This document shows positions 60,900 through 64,000 of a DNA stretch of 64,000 bases, in pieces. The stretch covers positions 17,970,752 through 18,034,751 of the forward strand of contig OZ316898.1 in the NCBI GenBank assembly GCA_973895155.1. Reading direction: 5' to 3'. The stretch is from Marsupella aquatica. Taxonomy: Eukaryota > Plantae > Marchantiophyta. How positions within the stretch are numbered: position 1 is the first letter of the stretch; the number at the start of each line of letters is the position of its first letter. A program made the position numbers and the translations under genes. The notes beneath the pieces are model-generated. The model ran no database searches and was not told the DNA's origin. It worked only from the letters and a program-made list of their open reading frames with translations.

Positions 60900-61330
60900 A
60901 GGAGAGCACCATGCCTACGTGGAAGGTGAGCAGCCTGACGAGCGGTTGAATTACTTGTTGTGAGAGAGGCAAGTGAAGAGAGTGCTAAAAGTGACTGGTT
61001 TTAGCAAGGCGCTTAAGCCAAAACCTGAGATGGTCAACGATGACGACTGGAGTAACACCCAAAAGATGGCAATGAGCATCATCATGCTTTACCTCCAACC
61101 CCAGATCATTAGGCAGGTGAAGGATCACTTGGATTGTGCATAGTTGTTCATTGCACTCAAGGAGAAGTACCACCAAAATGAGATTTCAAATCGGCTCTTC
61201 ATATTGCTGAAGCTGATCTTCTTCAAAATGAAAGAAAGTGGTACAAAGATCTAGGATTACATTGAGGCATTCAATGACTTGGTAGTCAATTTCACAAATC
61301 TTGGTGAGGAGCAGTTTGATGAGGGTCGGG
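60900..61330 (+). pseudogene. copia gag (UBN2-like) fragment
   Basis: QVKRVLKVTGFSKALKPKPEMVNDDDW...AMSIIMLYL...LKEKY...FKMKESG..I.DYIEAFNDLV, with stops. Confidence 0.7.
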
Positions 61331-62849
61331 GAAGACATAATGATTGCACTTACTTAATTTGTTGTTAGTTACATCATATCAGTCACTGTCAAATCTATCC
61401 TTGGCCATAATAAACATGTTATCAACATAAAATATAAGAACAATGAACCCAAAGACAACATTCTTTATTGGTTTTAGATTCACACTGTACTATAAGGTCA
61501 AAATGCACAAATGACAATTTTAGAACAAAACAAAGAAGGAATTGACTGAGTTATGAGTTGGTAGTTGATTTAGACCAAAACTCGGACACATCTAGGTTGT
61601 CTAAGTCCAAAACCAGACGACTAAGCTATTTTTGTTTTAGAATTAACAAATAAAAATAATTAATAAAACACATGTAAATTTTGAATTAGTTTTGAGCGAC
61701 GGTGACATGTTTCAAGGTTCCTGCTCAAAAGTCATTCCATTGATTAGACTTTTAGTGTTAATGCCATCATGCATTTATGGTATTGGATGACTACTGGCGT
61801 GCGTGTTAAAGATTTGTCAACACAATTTGACCTTTTTTCCTAAGTGATCTCGATCAAATACTAACAAACATCAAATACTTCACCATCCAAAATTAATGGT
61901 ACTTTGCATTGTGAGAAGAACACAATCGTTCTCAATCAAAACTACTTTATAGGAATTGGAAATCTCCAACAACACAAGCTCAACAACAATTCCAATCTCA
62001 TGGGCACATCACCATCAAGAACTTAAATAGATGTAATACATCACCGCATTTCAGAATCTATTGTTACACCTTTCAAGATTCAACATTCTAAAGCTTTACT
62101 TTTTTATATTCTTGTCATAGTGCAATGGTACAAAGAAGGAGTTAGACTTGAAAACTAAATCCTGACTCTAAACATCTAAGGGGTTTTCCTTTATATAGTT
62201 TAGAAAGATGTGGATGAAGAGACACACCGCTTCACCTAAAATATCCTAAAGTATGGCAAATTGCCTAAGTCCATTAAATTCTCTTGCTCAAACTATAGCA
62301 TTGGTTCCTCAATTAAATGATCAATGGTCCTCTCTACGGGTACCGTATCATCCCAACTCTAAGTAGAATCAGAAGGATAGGCCCAAATAGGCCATCCGAG
62401 AAGGACTTAGCGAGGCACCAGGCTGGTGTCACGCAATTAGGACTTAGACTAGCTGAGGGCTGGTCGGGTCAAGGGGAAAAGGGCCGGGCTCATGGTCGAT
62501 TGTCCGGACCCTCGAACAGACTTTGCGTTCTAAGGGCTTGAGTCAGAGCTCATCTTGGGCCCAAGGCCAATGGAGTTGAAGCCATGGGCAATGGACGCTT
62601 GGGGCACGAGTTATGGCCCGATCCGGGTTTGGCCGATCGGGGGCCCTAAGCGGCAATGAGATCTGAGGGCCCCATCATCTTGTCAATGGGATCACGATGC
62701 TCAAATCCGAGTGGCCAAAGGTTCTGGCCGAGGCGAATAGGGATGACAGGTTAGCCAAGGAATGACAAAGTAATGGGGTAGCCAAGGCAAGGTGAGACAC
62801 GTTTCATTGGGGTTGGATACCGCGCATAATGTCCAGTTATGGCAATACA

Positions 62850-63750
62850 AGCATAGGAGTGTGTACATCCCAAAGTCTCTAAGATTAGAGGTTCTACAAA
62901 AGTACCACGACTCGCCCTTGGGAGGGCATGGCGGACAAGCTGCTACATATTGCAGCATGTCACGAGATGTGTATTGGCCAAACATGAAGCAATCAGTTCT
63001 TCGCCATGTGCAAAGTTATTACTCGTGCCAAAAGAACCGAACGGTCTAAAGGGCAAAAAGAGGACTTTTGCAACCCTTACCAGTAGTTGCGGCTCCATGG
63101 GAGTCCATCTCGTCCATGGACTTCATTGTGGGGTTACCTGATTCCCATGATAATAACTCCATCTTAACAATCGTGGATCATTTTTCCAAGATGACGTATT
63201 TTTTGTCGACTACAAAAATGGTTTTGGCCCGAGAGGTTGCCGGTCTAGTTTTTGACAATGTCTTCTGACAATTGGGATTGTCGTACGTTGCATATCCTGT
63301 CCAACTATGATACCAAGTTCACGTGCCATTTCTGGAAGTTGTTGTTTTGATTATCCAGAACATACCTTACTAGGGGATCAACGTATCATCATGAGACGGA
63401 TCGATGGCCAAATGGAATGGGTGAATGATATTATGGAGGACTACTTGCATCACTTTGTGACGGCCAATCAAAAGGAAAGGGCAAAGCACTTAACAATGGT
63501 CAAGTTTAGGTATAACTCGACCAAGCATTCAACGATGAGGTTTGTGACGTTTGTTTTGGCCATAGGGAGGATGCCAAGGGCGCCCTCCTAGTTCATAAAT
63601 CCGGAAGCTTGGTGGACAAAAAGCAAGGTTCTTTCTGCGAATAATTTTATTTGAGAGCGACACCTAGTTGTGGAAGCAGCTACCAAGGGTATGACCCTTG
63701 GCCAAAGTTGGTACAAGGAGCAAGGGGATAAACATTAACGCCAGGTAAGT
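62850..63750 (+). pseudogene. Ty3/gypsy integrase fragment (chromovirus-like)
   Basis: YIPKSLRLEVLQKYHDSPLGGHGG...YWPNMK...SCQ, LQPLP..PWESI.MDFIVGLP, IVDHFSKM, DGQME..N, F.YNST.HS. Confidence 0.9.
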
Positions 63751-64000
63751 TTTAAATTTGAAGTATCAAGGGAAGAGAAAGAAATCTTATATAACAACTT
63801 TGAGACGTATTAGTAAATCGGTAAGCTTTGAAATTGGGGAGAGCGTTTGGTTGCAATTGAGGCCTGAGTAATACCACGGGAACATAAGTACGAAGCTGGC
63901 TCCTAGATATGCGGGGCCCTATTGCATCATACGATGAGCCCACAAGGATAATCTGTTTTTGGTGGTGTTGGAGGCACCCAAGGAAATGGGCATAGGCAAA

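Overview
Eukaryotic land-plant genomic DNA, most likely a non-seed plant (inferred from an RLE-type LINE, a TORNADO1-like ROCO fragment and Bianca/Tork copia elements; the species cannot be named). Host genes are few: the first two exons of a D-aminoacyl-tRNA deacylase (GEK1/DTD2, minus strand), an intact SKOR/GORK-type outward-rectifying K+ channel with no introns in its coding region (minus strand), a tRNA-Lys(TTT) and a decayed TORNADO1-like fragment. Much of the rest is nested mobile DNA. It includes two full-length copia elements with LTRs, PBS, PPT and TSD, a complete PIF/Harbinger element, several MITE families, a small Helitron, probable solo LTRs, a PIF1 helicase remnant, an RLE-LINE remnant, and gypsy and copia fragments. 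The most unusual object is a 4.6-kb insertion (19506-24113) flanked by a 5-bp TSD inside the first copia's integrase. It has no gag/pol and looks like a solo LTR, yet it carries a single reading frame of about 1125 codons broken by only one stop. All calls were made by eye, and no database searches were run.
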